A stretch of DNA of 64,000 nt from Frankiaceae bacterium (GTDB lineage: Bacteria > Actinomycetota > Actinomycetes > BP-191), in the NCBI GenBank assembly GCA_035536815.1, contig DATLNJ010000016.1:3970-67969 (forward strand), written 5' to 3'. A program made the position numbers and the translations under genes. Under the pieces are notes generated by a model. That model was given only the letters and a program-made list of their open reading frames with translations. It searched no databases and was not told the origin of the DNA. The stretch's first letter is position 1, and each line of letters starts with the position of its first letter. Positions 45,491 to 53,893 of the stretch are shown piece by piece.

Positions 45491-46024
45491 CTACGCGGTC
45501 GCGCGGCGGCGGCGGGCGGCGTAGGCCGCGGCGGTGACGACGACGAGGGCGACGCTGGGCAGCCCGCCACCGGTCCGCGGCATCTGCGGCCCGGCGAGCG
45601 CGGCGCGGACGATCGCGGCCCGGCGCGGCACGTCCTCCTGCGTCGTCACCGGGTCGCACCCGCCGAGCCGCCCGCTGCCGTCGTCGAAGGCGAGGATGGG
45701 CTTCTTCAGCTGGAGCTGCACGCCGCAGAGGCCGCCGTTCGCCGGCGTCGTCATCCGGCGCTGCGTCACCACCGGGCCCTTCAGCGTCTCGGTGACGGTG
45801 ACCGTGTAGTGGTCGGTGCCGCTCATCTCGTCGCCGGTGCGACGGACGCGGTCGACGCGGCCCACGAAGATGTGCGACACCGTCTGCGCCGCCTCGCGGT
45901 ACAGCTGCTCCTCGGTCGGCTGCGGGTGCATCACGCAGCTGCACGCCCAGGCGTGGCCCTGCAGCGCGGGCGTGAGGCCGAGCGTGGTGACGGCGACGGC
46001 CACGAGCCGGACGAGCGTGCGCAT
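45491..46024 (-). CDS. secreted protein with mature N-terminal Cys-Ser-Cys and C-terminal sorting-signal-like tail
   Basis: 177 aa. The signal peptide ends GHAWA followed by CSC. The C-terminus is MPRTGGGLPSVALVVVTAAAYAARRRR (motif, hydrophobic stretch, basic tail). Confidence 0.7.
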   Translation of the reverse strand: MRTLVRLVAVAVTTLGLTPALQGHAWACSCVMHPQPTEEQLYREAAQTVSHIFVGRVDRVRRTGDEMSGTDHYTVTVTETLKGPVVTQRRMTTPANGGLCGVQLQLKKPILAFDDGSGRLGGCDPVTTQEDVPRRAAIVRAALAGPQMPRTGGGLPSVALVVVTAAAYAARRRRATA

Positions 46025-46059
46025 GGATGGTCCCCCCCGGAGGTCGGTGGCGGCCGATG

Positions 46060-46575
46060 CTAGTGGGACGGGGCGGAGGCGTCAGCCGTTCCGAGCGGGC
46101 GGGCGTACTCGGACTCGACCAGCTCGGGGGTGTGCGGGAGCGGCTGCGTGGCGCCGGTAGGGGTGAAGCCGAGGCGGTCGTAGACACGGCGCGCGGCGTC
46201 GTTGCCGTCGGTGGCCCAGAGCCGGACCTCGGCGGCGCCGAGCCCGGCCGCCCAGTCCACGATCGCCTGCACGCACTGCTCGGCGAGGCCGCGGCCGCGC
46301 GCGTCCGGGTGCGTCCAGACGCCGAAGACGTTGGGGATGCCGTCCTCGACGTAACCGCCGGCGCCGGCCAGCCACTCGCCGTCCTCCTCCACGACGACGT
46401 ACGTCGTGTGCTCGGTCGTGGCGAGGTCGCGGGTGCGGGTCCGCCAGTCGTCGTCGGGGCGCGCGATGGCGTCCGCGTACGTCATGCCGAACGCGTTCGG
46501 GGCGTCGCTGAGCATGGCGTAACGGAAGTCGCGCCAGCGCTGCCACTCGTCCTCGCGGATGCGGCGGAGCGGCAT
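46060..46575 (-). CDS. GNAT-family N-acetyltransferase
   Basis: 171 aa with the acetyl-CoA binding block VWTHPDARGRGLAEQCVQAIVDWA and ...RVYDRLGF. Confidence 0.85.
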   Translation of the reverse strand: MPLRRIREDEWQRWRDFRYAMLSDAPNAFGMTYADAIARPDDDWRTRTRDLATTEHTTYVVVEEDGEWLAGAGGYVEDGIPNVFGVWTHPDARGRGLAEQCVQAIVDWAAGLGAAEVRLWATDGNDAARRVYDRLGFTPTGATQPLPHTPELVESEYARPLGTADASAPSH

Positions 46576-46862
46576 CAGTCGGTGTCCTCCAGGCCGATGG
46601 CGAACGCCGCGTCGAGGTCGTGCTTGGAGTACGTGCGGAACGCGATGAGCGTCTGCGTCGAGAGGATGCCGCCGACCTTGTTGAGCTGGCCGGCGATGAC
46701 GTCGGCGAGGTCCTCGTGGTTGGGCACGCGCACCATCGCGACGAGGTCGACGTCGCCGGCGACGGAGTAGACCTCGCTGACGCCGTCGATGTCGGAGACG
46801 CGTTGCGCGATCTCCGGGATCGCGTCGACGGCGGCGTTGATGAGGACTACGGCGGTGATCAA
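46575..46862 (-). CDS. stand-alone Lrp/AsnC ligand-binding (RAM) domain protein
   Basis: 95 aa: MITAVVLINAAVDAIPEIAQRVSDIDGVSEVYSVAGDVDLVAMVRV.... Confidence 0.85.
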   Translation of the reverse strand: MITAVVLINAAVDAIPEIAQRVSDIDGVSEVYSVAGDVDLVAMVRVPNHEDLADVIAGQLNKVGGILSTQTLIAFRTYSKHDLDAAFAIGLEDTD

Positions 46863-46911
46863 AGTGGGCGCCTCCCGGTCTCGCGAGTGCGGCCGATGCT
46901 ACCGGCGGGCC

Positions 46912-47427
46912 CTACGGCGCCGGTGCGGCGTTGCTGCCGGCCGGGCGCGTCAGCTTCTCCAGGTAGACGACGTCGAGGAGGCGGCCGAACTTGGTGCCGA
47001 CCTCGCGGAGCAGCGCGCAGCGCTCGTAGCCGGCGCGTTCGAAGGCGCGGAGGCTCGCGGCGTTCTCGGCGCAGACGACGGCGAGCAGCGCGTGCAGGCC
47101 GGCGCGGGCGGCGTGCGCGTCGACGTGCGCCAGCGCGGCGCGGCCGAGGCCGCGGCCCGCCTGGTCGGGGGAGAGGTAGACGGTGACCTCGGCGGTGTCG
47201 CGGTACGCGCAGCGCGACTTGAACGGCGTCACGACGACGTAGCCCGCGAACGCGCTGTCGCTCTCGATAGCCCACGCGCCGTGCCGGTCGGGGTCGCCGG
47301 CCGCGTCGGCCGCCCACTCCTCGGGCGTGACCGGCTCGGTCTGGAACGTCGCCGTCGAGCCGGTGACGTAGTGGTTGTAGACCGCCGCGGCGGCCGCGTG
47401 GTCGTCGGGGGTGAGCGGGCGGATCAC
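46912..47427 (-). CDS. GNAT-family acetyltransferase (phosphinothricin/MSO acetyltransferase-like)
   Basis: GTG at 47427 overlaps the upstream stop (GTGA). Blocks are VIRPLTPDDHAAAAAVYNHYV...TATFQTEPVT...VYLSPDQAGRGLGRA...NAASLRAFERAGY. Confidence 0.85.
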   Translation of the reverse strand: MIRPLTPDDHAAAAAVYNHYVTGSTATFQTEPVTPEEWAADAAGDPDRHGAWAIESDSAFAGYVVVTPFKSRCAYRDTAEVTVYLSPDQAGRGLGRAALAHVDAHAARAGLHALLAVVCAENAASLRAFERAGYERCALLREVGTKFGRLLDVVYLEKLTRPAGSNAAPAP

Positions 47428-49181
47428 GCGAACATCCTCGCCGGGCGGGTGACGGTACGCAGCGGGCGCCGGTCGGCGAACGCCGCCGCCGGCTCGTACG
47501 CCTCCTCGAACAGTGCGAGCAGCCGCGGCGCCCCGAACGCCGGCGACGCCCACTCGCCCTCGACCCGTACCAGCCGGGTGCCGGGCACGCCCAGCCAGCG
47601 CAGGACGGCCTGCATCTCCTCGCTCGTCGCGCACGGGGTCGGGCCGGGGCCGGGTGGTGGCACGGTCTCGGCCGTCGCCACCAGCGCGTCGACGTGCGGG
47701 CGCGGGTCGGTCCCGTGCGGAACCGCACCGGCGGCGACGAGCCGGCCGTGCCGGACGACCGCGAGGTGCCAGCCGCCGCGGGTGTCGGGCTGCGCCGCGA
47801 CGAGCAACGACACCCGCGCCAGCGCCGCGAGCTGCTGGCCGCGCGCGGCGGCGCGGACGAACGCCGCCAGCCGGTCACGCTGCGCGGCCGCGTCCTCGTA
47901 ACGGCGCTGCTCGGCGAGGACGTCGATCCGGCGCCGGATCGCGCGGTGTACGGCGTCGGGGTCGGCGGTGACCGCGGCCGTGAACGCGCGGGCGTGGGCG
48001 GCGTACTCCTCCTCGCTCTCCTCGCCGGCGCACGGCGCGCCGCAGTGGCCGAGCTCGCGCAGCACGCACGGCGGGGCGACCGTCTTGCGGGTGATCCGCA
48101 TCGTGCACTGGCGCAGCCGGAACGCCTCGTGCGCGGCCGCCGTAGCCAGCTCCGCGGCGCGGGTCGAGCCGAACGGCCCGAGGTACGTCGCGCCGTCGTC
48201 GGTCACCTTGCGGACGACGGACAGCCGGGGGAAGCGCTCGGCGGTGAGCTTCACGTACACGGCGCGCTCGGGAAAGCGGGAGCGGCGGTTGTAGCGCGGC
48301 TTGTGCTCGGCGATCAGGCGCAGCTCGCGGACCTCCGCCTCCAGGCCGTGGCTGCACTCGACGTGGTCGACCCGCTCCGCGCACCCGACCATCTCGGCCA
48401 TCCGGGTGCGCGGCTCGGAGGCGACGAAGTAATTGCGGACGCGGGTCCGCAGGTCCTTCGACTTGCCGACGTAGAGGACCCGGCCGCGTTCGTCGCGGAA
48501 CAGGTAGACGCCGGGGCGGTGCGGCAGGCCGTCGGCGAGGTAGCGCTTGCGCCGCTGCTCGGGCGGGACCAGCGACGAGAACGTTCGCAGCTCCTCCAGC
48601 GAGTGGACGCCGAGGTTGCCGAGCCGCTCGATCAGCCCGTGCAGCACGTCGGTGGTCGCGCGCGCGTCGGCCAGCGCGCGGTGGCAGGGCGTGGTCTGCG
48701 CGCGGAACACGCGGGCCAGCGTCGCGAGCTTGACGTCCGGCGCCTCGTCGCGGGTGAGCGCGCGGCGCGCGAGCGTGACTGTGTCGAGCGACTCGAACGC
48801 CGGCCACTCGTGCCCGGTCCGGCGGCAGGCGTCTTTGAGGAACGACAGGTCGAACCCGGCGTTGTGCGCGACCAGCACCGCGCCGCGGGCGAACTCCAGG
48901 AACGCCGGCACGACGTCGTCGATCCGCGGCGCGCCCGCCACCATCCCGTCCGTGATGCCCGTGAGCACCGCGATGAACGGCGGGATCGCCGACCCGGGGT
49001 TGACCAGGGTCTGGAACTCGCCCTCCACGAGCCCGCCGCGCACGCGTACGGCGCCAACCTCGGTGATCGCCGACGTGGCGGGCGAACCGCCGGTCGTCTC
49101 GAGGTCGACCACGACGAACGTCGTGTCGCGCAGGGGTCGTCCGAGCTCGTCGAGCGTGCTCTGGATGGCGGTCACCGTCAT
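47424..49181 (-). CDS. DEDD (DnaQ-like) 3'-5' exonuclease fused to GIY-YIG (UvrC-like) nuclease domain
   Basis: ATG at 49181 (the track ORF extends further upstream as shadow). The ExoI-III blocks are FVVVDLETTG, LVAHNAGFDLSFL and HRALADA. The GIY-YIG blocks are GVYLFRD...VLYVGKS...LRTRV. Confidence 0.9.
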   Translation of the reverse strand: MTVTAIQSTLDELGRPLRDTTFVVVDLETTGGSPATSAITEVGAVRVRGGLVEGEFQTLVNPGSAIPPFIAVLTGITDGMVAGAPRIDDVVPAFLEFARGAVLVAHNAGFDLSFLKDACRRTGHEWPAFESLDTVTLARRALTRDEAPDVKLATLARVFRAQTTPCHRALADARATTDVLHGLIERLGNLGVHSLEELRTFSSLVPPEQRRKRYLADGLPHRPGVYLFRDERGRVLYVGKSKDLRTRVRNYFVASEPRTRMAEMVGCAERVDHVECSHGLEAEVRELRLIAEHKPRYNRRSRFPERAVYVKLTAERFPRLSVVRKVTDDGATYLGPFGSTRAAELATAAAHEAFRLRQCTMRITRKTVAPPCVLRELGHCGAPCAGEESEEEYAAHARAFTAAVTADPDAVHRAIRRRIDVLAEQRRYEDAAAQRDRLAAFVRAAARGQQLAALARVSLLVAAQPDTRGGWHLAVVRHGRLVAAGAVPHGTDPRPHVDALVATAETVPPPGPGPTPCATSEEMQAVLRWLGVPGTRLVRVEGEWASPAFGAPRLLALFEEAYEPAAAFADRRPLRTVTRPARMFA

Positions 49182-49419
49182 GTCGGGTGACGTTAGGTCG
49201 GGGGTGTGACAAGTTTGCGGCGCCACACCGAGGCCGCCCCGCTGCACCGCGCAGGACGCGGCCACGCGCGGCGCCGAGCGGGCGCCGGCGGGCACGTTCA
49301 GGCCAGGGGGCATGATCGAGTCGCAATTTCCTCGTCGATCTCTTGCGCGGGGCGCCCGGCGAGGCCTAACCTCGCCGCACGACGCGCATTTCGCGCGGAA
49401 ATGAACGGGGGAAACGTTC

Positions 49420-49824
49420 ATGCGGAAGAACATCACCGCGGCCGCTGTGATCGCGGCGGCCGCCATCATGACCACCACGACCCCGGCGTCCGCCGTGCGG
49501 TTCTCGGCGGGGTTGTCCGGCAGCATCTCGGTCGGCCCCGACTTCGGCGCGTGCGCCACCGTCACGGCACCGTCGCCCTGGGACACGATCGTCGGCTCGT
49601 TCACGGCCGCCGGCGAGATGCAGGGCCCAGGCACCCGCGTCGGAACCGTGCGCTACGCCGAACCCTTCGTCGCGCAGGGCTACTGGTCCGGCTGCATCGA
49701 CGGCGCCTACCTCGGCGCGACAGCGGGCGAGGCGAAGTACGTGCTGCACGCGCACCGGATCGGCGGCGAGTTCGCGGAAGTTCAGCACTGCGTCGTGAAC
49801 CGCGGCGTCGTCACGTGCGTCTGA
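49420..49824 (+). CDS. small secreted 4-Cys hypothetical protein (paralog of 50809..51210)
   Basis: GGGGGA RBS. Signal peptide MRKNITAAAVIAAAAIMTTTTPASA. Blocks shared with the 50809 gene are ISV..D.GAC.T.T.P, GSFTAAG and GPGT, and the last Cys is 1 residue from the C-terminus. Confidence 0.7.
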   Translation: MRKNITAAAVIAAAAIMTTTTPASAVRFSAGLSGSISVGPDFGACATVTAPSPWDTIVGSFTAAGEMQGPGTRVGTVRYAEPFVAQGYWSGCIDGAYLGATAGEAKYVLHAHRIGGEFAEVQHCVVNRGVVTCV

Positions 49825-49890
49825 CCGCGTAAGAGGAACTCCCAGCGGGACGTCGAACGACAAATCCATCGCGGGAGACGGGGGTACGAA

Positions 49891-50787
49891 ATGCCGGCCA
49901 GACGGGCGATCGTTTCGGTAGCGGCTTTGGCGGCCGGTGTATTAGCGGCGCCCGGCGCGGACGCCGCGGCCGCGCCGTTGCTCGCGGGAGTCACCGTCGT
50001 CTCCGGAGCGCGGTCCGCCTCCGTGGACGTGCGGGTGCCGCGCGCGGTGACGTTGCGGACGCCGTTCGGCGGTGGTGACGGCATCGCGGTGAGCGGCGGC
50101 GCGGCGCTGACGGCCGTCGTCCTGGCCGGGCTGGACGGCAAGGCCCGCGGCGTGACGATCGCCGGCGGCGCCACGTCGGTGTCGGGCGATACGCAACGGT
50201 TCCTCATGCCGGTCCCGCAGTGGCCGTCGCTCGGCGGCGGGTCGTACGAGGACATCAAGACGTTCGGGCCCACGACGCTGCTGCCGGCCGGGACGTACCG
50301 GCTCTACTTCGTCTCCTCGGCGCCGGCGACGGTGACGTTGCGGCTGCCCGGCCTGCCGGGGCGGCGCACGATCGTGCCGGCCCGCGCCGCTCGGGGTGCC
50401 GTCGAGCCGGCCGACCACGAGCTCAGCGGCAACCCGGTGCGGAACAACGTCTTCGCAGCCACGAACACGGCGAAGCTCGCCCGCCGCGGGTTCGCTCTGC
50501 AGGCGCTGCAGGCACGGCTGGAGACCGAGACCACCTGGCAGCTCGTCATGTGCCACAACAACCCGGCCGACGCGGCAGTGGAGCAGGTCAAGGACGCGCC
50601 GGTCTGCCCGGCCGGGGACAAGCACACGTTCGTCAACCACCGGTACCCGTCGGTGACGCCCGACACGAAGCTGTTCGTCCAGGCGTTCGCCGGCCTGCCG
50701 CCGGGTGAGCACGGACTCGGCACGGTCTACACCGTGCAGTCGAACACGACCTCGATCGCGTACTCGGCGGTGTGGCTCGAGTACTAG
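49891..50787 (+). CDS. secreted hypothetical protein (~300 aa), paralog of 23727..24659
   Basis: Signal peptide ...VAALAAGVLAAPGADAAAAP. For shared blocks see 23727..24659. Confidence 0.7.
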   Translation: MPARRAIVSVAALAAGVLAAPGADAAAAPLLAGVTVVSGARSASVDVRVPRAVTLRTPFGGGDGIAVSGGAALTAVVLAGLDGKARGVTIAGGATSVSGDTQRFLMPVPQWPSLGGGSYEDIKTFGPTTLLPAGTYRLYFVSSAPATVTLRLPGLPGRRTIVPARAARGAVEPADHELSGNPVRNNVFAATNTAKLARRGFALQALQARLETETTWQLVMCHNNPADAAVEQVKDAPVCPAGDKHTFVNHRYPSVTPDTKLFVQAFAGLPPGEHGLGTVYTVQSNTTSIAYSAVWLEY

Positions 50788-50808
50788 CGGTCGGAACGGG
50801 GGATCAGC

Positions 50809-51210
50809 ATGCGCTGTCGAACGATCGCTGCACCGTTGCTGCTACTGGGCGCGCTCGGCGCGCCGCCCGCCGCCGCCGTCGAGACCGAACTCGGCGTGCG
50901 CGGCACCATCTCCGTCTACGCCGACCTCGGCGCGTGCGGCACGTTGACGTTCCCGCGGCCCACGATCGCCGCCGGCTCGTTCACCGCCGCCGGCGCCGTG
51001 GCCGGCCCCGGCACGGCGACCGCTCCGGTGCGCGGGGTGACCGCGGTCGTCGTGACGCAGGCGACGTCGTGGTACGGCTGCCTCCCCGACGCCTACGCCG
51101 GTGCGTCCGTCGGCCACGCGGTCTACCAGCTCTCCGTCAGCGGCGCCGACGGCGACTACGCCTCCGTGCTGTCCTGCGACGTGTGGTCCGGGTGGGTGAC
51201 CTGCCGATGA
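50809..51210 (+). CDS. small secreted 4-Cys hypothetical protein (paralog of 49420..49824)
   Basis: GGGGGA RBS and signal peptide MRCRTIAAPLLLLGALGAPPAAA. The sequence ends ...GWVTCR. Confidence 0.7.
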   Translation: MRCRTIAAPLLLLGALGAPPAAAVETELGVRGTISVYADLGACGTLTFPRPTIAAGSFTAAGAVAGPGTATAPVRGVTAVVVTQATSWYGCLPDAYAGASVGHAVYQLSVSGADGDYASVLSCDVWSGWVTCR

Positions 51211-51632
51211 GACTCCAACTCGCCACCGCGCTCCTGGTCGCCGCGACCGCATCCCCGGCAGCGGCGCACGAGGTCAACGTGAACTCGCGCTCGTCGCACT
51301 CCATCGCGGACGACGCGTCCGTGTGCTTCGAGATCGAGATGGCCGGACCGATCACCGCCGCGGCATCCTCGGCCGGCGCGGTCCGGACCGAGCGGTCCGA
51401 TCCGACCTTGCAGGTTGTGCAGCGCGGGACGATGGGTCCGCCGACGAACTACTACGCCGAGCACGGTGAGTACGTCACGGTTCACGACTTCATATCCGCC
51501 TGCCTGCCGGGCATGGGCAGCCGGGTCGTCGGCGGCTTCGTCGTGTTGACGCTCGTCGCGAACGGCCGGACGGCGGCCGTGGTGATCGTGGTGCACTGCA
51601 CGTTCTCGCCTCGCGGGCCGAACTGCTCCTGA
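51207..51632 (+). CDS. small secreted 4-Cys hypothetical protein
   Basis: The ATG overlaps the upstream stop (ATGA). Signal peptide MRLQLATALLVAATASPAAA. It has four Cys and ends ...GPNCS. Confidence 0.65.
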   Translation: MRLQLATALLVAATASPAAAHEVNVNSRSSHSIADDASVCFEIEMAGPITAAASSAGAVRTERSDPTLQVVQRGTMGPPTNYYAEHGEYVTVHDFISACLPGMGSRVVGGFVVLTLVANGRTAAVVIVVHCTFSPRGPNCS

Positions 51633-51635
51633 GGG

Positions 51636-51845
51636 TCAGTCGCGGCAGGTGACGCGCAGCCGAAGGGCGGCGAGCGTGCCGCCGACGGTGGCGGCGGCGG
51701 TCACGACAGCGACCGCCAGGCCGGCCCGCGGACCGGCGGTGAGGTTGGTCGCGGCGCCGGTCGCGCCGGCGGTCGTGAGCCCGGCGAGCGTGGCGACGGC
51801 GGCGTAGGTACGCGCCTCACGCAGCGTGAACGACGGTCGGTTCAT
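51636..51845 (-). CDS. small two-TM membrane protein (69 aa)
   Basis: The ATG at 51845 is preceded by GGAAGGAAGGGA. The sequence is MNRPSFTLREARTYAAVATLAGLTTAGATGAA...LAVAVVTAAATVGGTLAAL. Confidence 0.5.
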   Translation of the reverse strand: MNRPSFTLREARTYAAVATLAGLTTAGATGAATNLTAGPRAGLAVAVVTAAATVGGTLAALRLRVTCRD

Positions 51846-51953
51846 GAGGGTCCCTTCCTTCCGTGCAGATCGTTCACCGGGAGGGGCCGCGACCCTGCGG
51901 GCGGCGCGCGTGATCTGTCTCACAGGCAGGGCGCGGGTGAGAGAGTTCGCGCC

Positions 51954-53519
51954 ATGACCGAGGAGACGTTGCGCGACGCCGCCGCCGCCCTCGCCGAACG
52001 CCGCGCGGACGCGTTGCGGATGGGCGGCGACGAGCTGGTCGAGCGGCAGCACTCGCTGGGCAAGCTGACCGTGCGGGAACGCCTCGACCTGCTGTTCGAC
52101 CCGGGGACGTTCGTCGAGGCGGGACTGCTCGCGGGCGCGGTCGACTCGCCGCAGTCGCAGGGCAAGCGCACGCCGGCCGACGGCTGCGTCACCGGTGTCG
52201 GCGAGGTCGACGGCCGCAAGGTGATGGTGGTCGCGTACGACTTCACGGTGCTGGCCGGCTCGATCGGCCTGCACGGCGAGCGGAAGGCGGCGCGGGCGCG
52301 CGACCTGGCGGTCCGGCACGGTATGCCGATCGTCTACCTGCTCGACTCGGCGGGCGCGCGCGTGACGGAGACGGTGGGGGCGGCGTTCGCGGGGGCGGGC
52401 GACCTGTTCCGCGAGCTGACGACGATGAGCGGCGCGGTGCCGCAGGTCGCGGCGATGCTCGGGCCGTGCAGCGCGGGGACGGCGTACATCCCCGCCCTGT
52501 GCGACTTCGTGCCGATGGTCAAGGGGACCAGCAGCATGGCGCTCGCGGGCGTCCACCTCGTCCGCGCCGCCACCGGCGAGGAGGTCACCGAGGAGGAGAT
52601 GGGCGGCAGCGCCGTCCACAACAAGATCTCCGGCGTTGCGGACCGCGAGGCGCCCGACGACGCGGCCTGCCTGGCGATGGTGCGCGAGTACCTGTCGTTC
52701 ATGCCGTCGAAGTACGGCGACCCGGTCCCGGACCGTCCGACCGACGACCCGGTGGACCGCCGGTGCGAGGAGCTCTACGACGTCGTCCCGGCCAGCAACC
52801 GGCAGGCGTACGACGTCCGCCGGGTCGTCAAGTCACTCGCCGACGACGGCGCGTTCTTCCCGATGAAGCCGGACTGGGCGCGGTCGGTCGTCACGGGCTT
52901 CGCGCGGTTCGGTGGGCGCGCGGCGGGCGTCGTCGCGTCGCAGCCGATGCACATGGGCGGCGCGCTCGACATGCACTCGGCGGACAAGGCCGCGCGGTTC
53001 GTGAACCTCTGCGACTCGTTCGAGATCCCGCTCGTCTTCCTGGTGGACGTGCCCGGCTTCCTGGTGGGCAAGAAGGTCGAGCACGACGGCATCATCCGGC
53101 ACGGCGCGAAGCTGCTCTACAACGTCTCCGAGGCCACCGTGCCGAAGGTGACGGTGGTGCTGCGGAAGGCGTACGGCGCCGGCTACTTCGTCATGGCCGG
53201 GCGCGCGTACGAGGCCGACACGCTGCTCGCCTGGCCGACCGCGGAGTTCTCGGTGATGGGGCCGGAGGGCGCGGTCAACATCCTGTTCCGCAAGCAGCTC
53301 GCCGCGGCCGAGTCGGAGGAGGCGCGGGAGGAGCTGCGGGCGTCGCTGGTGGCCGGGATCAAGCAGAGCATCGACCCGTACCTCGCGGCGAAGATGGCGT
53401 TCGTCGACGACCTGATCGACCCGGCGGACACGCGGCGGCAGATCTGTCACGCGCTCGCCGTCGCGGCGGGCAAGCGGGTGCTGCGCCCGCCGCGGAAGCG
53501 CGGGGTGAGCCCGGTCTAG
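51954..53519 (+). CDS. acyl-CoA carboxylase carboxyltransferase (beta) subunit
   Basis: 521 aa. Blocks are GKLTVRERLDLLFDPGTF, YDFTVLAGSIG, LLDSAGAR and VDVPGFLVGKKVEHDGIIRHGAKL. Confidence 0.92.
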   Translation: MTEETLRDAAAALAERRADALRMGGDELVERQHSLGKLTVRERLDLLFDPGTFVEAGLLAGAVDSPQSQGKRTPADGCVTGVGEVDGRKVMVVAYDFTVLAGSIGLHGERKAARARDLAVRHGMPIVYLLDSAGARVTETVGAAFAGAGDLFRELTTMSGAVPQVAAMLGPCSAGTAYIPALCDFVPMVKGTSSMALAGVHLVRAATGEEVTEEEMGGSAVHNKISGVADREAPDDAACLAMVREYLSFMPSKYGDPVPDRPTDDPVDRRCEELYDVVPASNRQAYDVRRVVKSLADDGAFFPMKPDWARSVVTGFARFGGRAAGVVASQPMHMGGALDMHSADKAARFVNLCDSFEIPLVFLVDVPGFLVGKKVEHDGIIRHGAKLLYNVSEATVPKVTVVLRKAYGAGYFVMAGRAYEADTLLAWPTAEFSVMGPEGAVNILFRKQLAAAESEEAREELRASLVAGIKQSIDPYLAAKMAFVDDLIDPADTRRQICHALAVAAGKRVLRPPRKRGVSPV

Positions 53520-53821
53520 GAATCCCTGATCCGGTCGACCCAGTACGGCGCGTCGGCGTTCGCCCGCTCGCGGCGGCGGCGGGCGGCGTAGCGCGCGACG
53601 AGCAGGCCGATGCCGACCGCGAGCATCGCGAGCGCGAGCCACAGGAAGACCGGGACGAAGGCCGCCATCGCCAGCGCCGACAGGAAAGCCAGCGCCCAGG
53701 CCATGTCCCGCGACGCCCACTCGTGCGGGTCGTCGCCGCGGCCGGCGCGCCGCGCGAGCCGGCCGCGGTCGCGGCCGTGGCCCAGGTGGTCGCCGGGAGG
53801 CGCGGGTGCCATGCCCTGCAT
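53516..53821 (-). CDS. small membrane protein (about 100 aa)
   Basis: This is the tail of a long shadow ORF: MQGMAPAPPGDH...MAWALAFLSALAMAAFVPVFLWLALAMLAVGIGLLVARYAARRRR. Two hydrophobic helices support the call, but the start is uncertain. Confidence 0.45.
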   Translation of the reverse strand: MQGMAPAPPGDHLGHGRDRGRLARRAGRGDDPHEWASRDMAWALAFLSALAMAAFVPVFLWLALAMLAVGIGLLVARYAARRRRERANADAPYWVDRIRDS

Positions 53822-53893
53822 GATGCCGTGGTTACGCGCGACACGGGATGGGGGAGGCCCCCGGTGGGTGCTCCCGTCGGAGAGGATGGCGCC

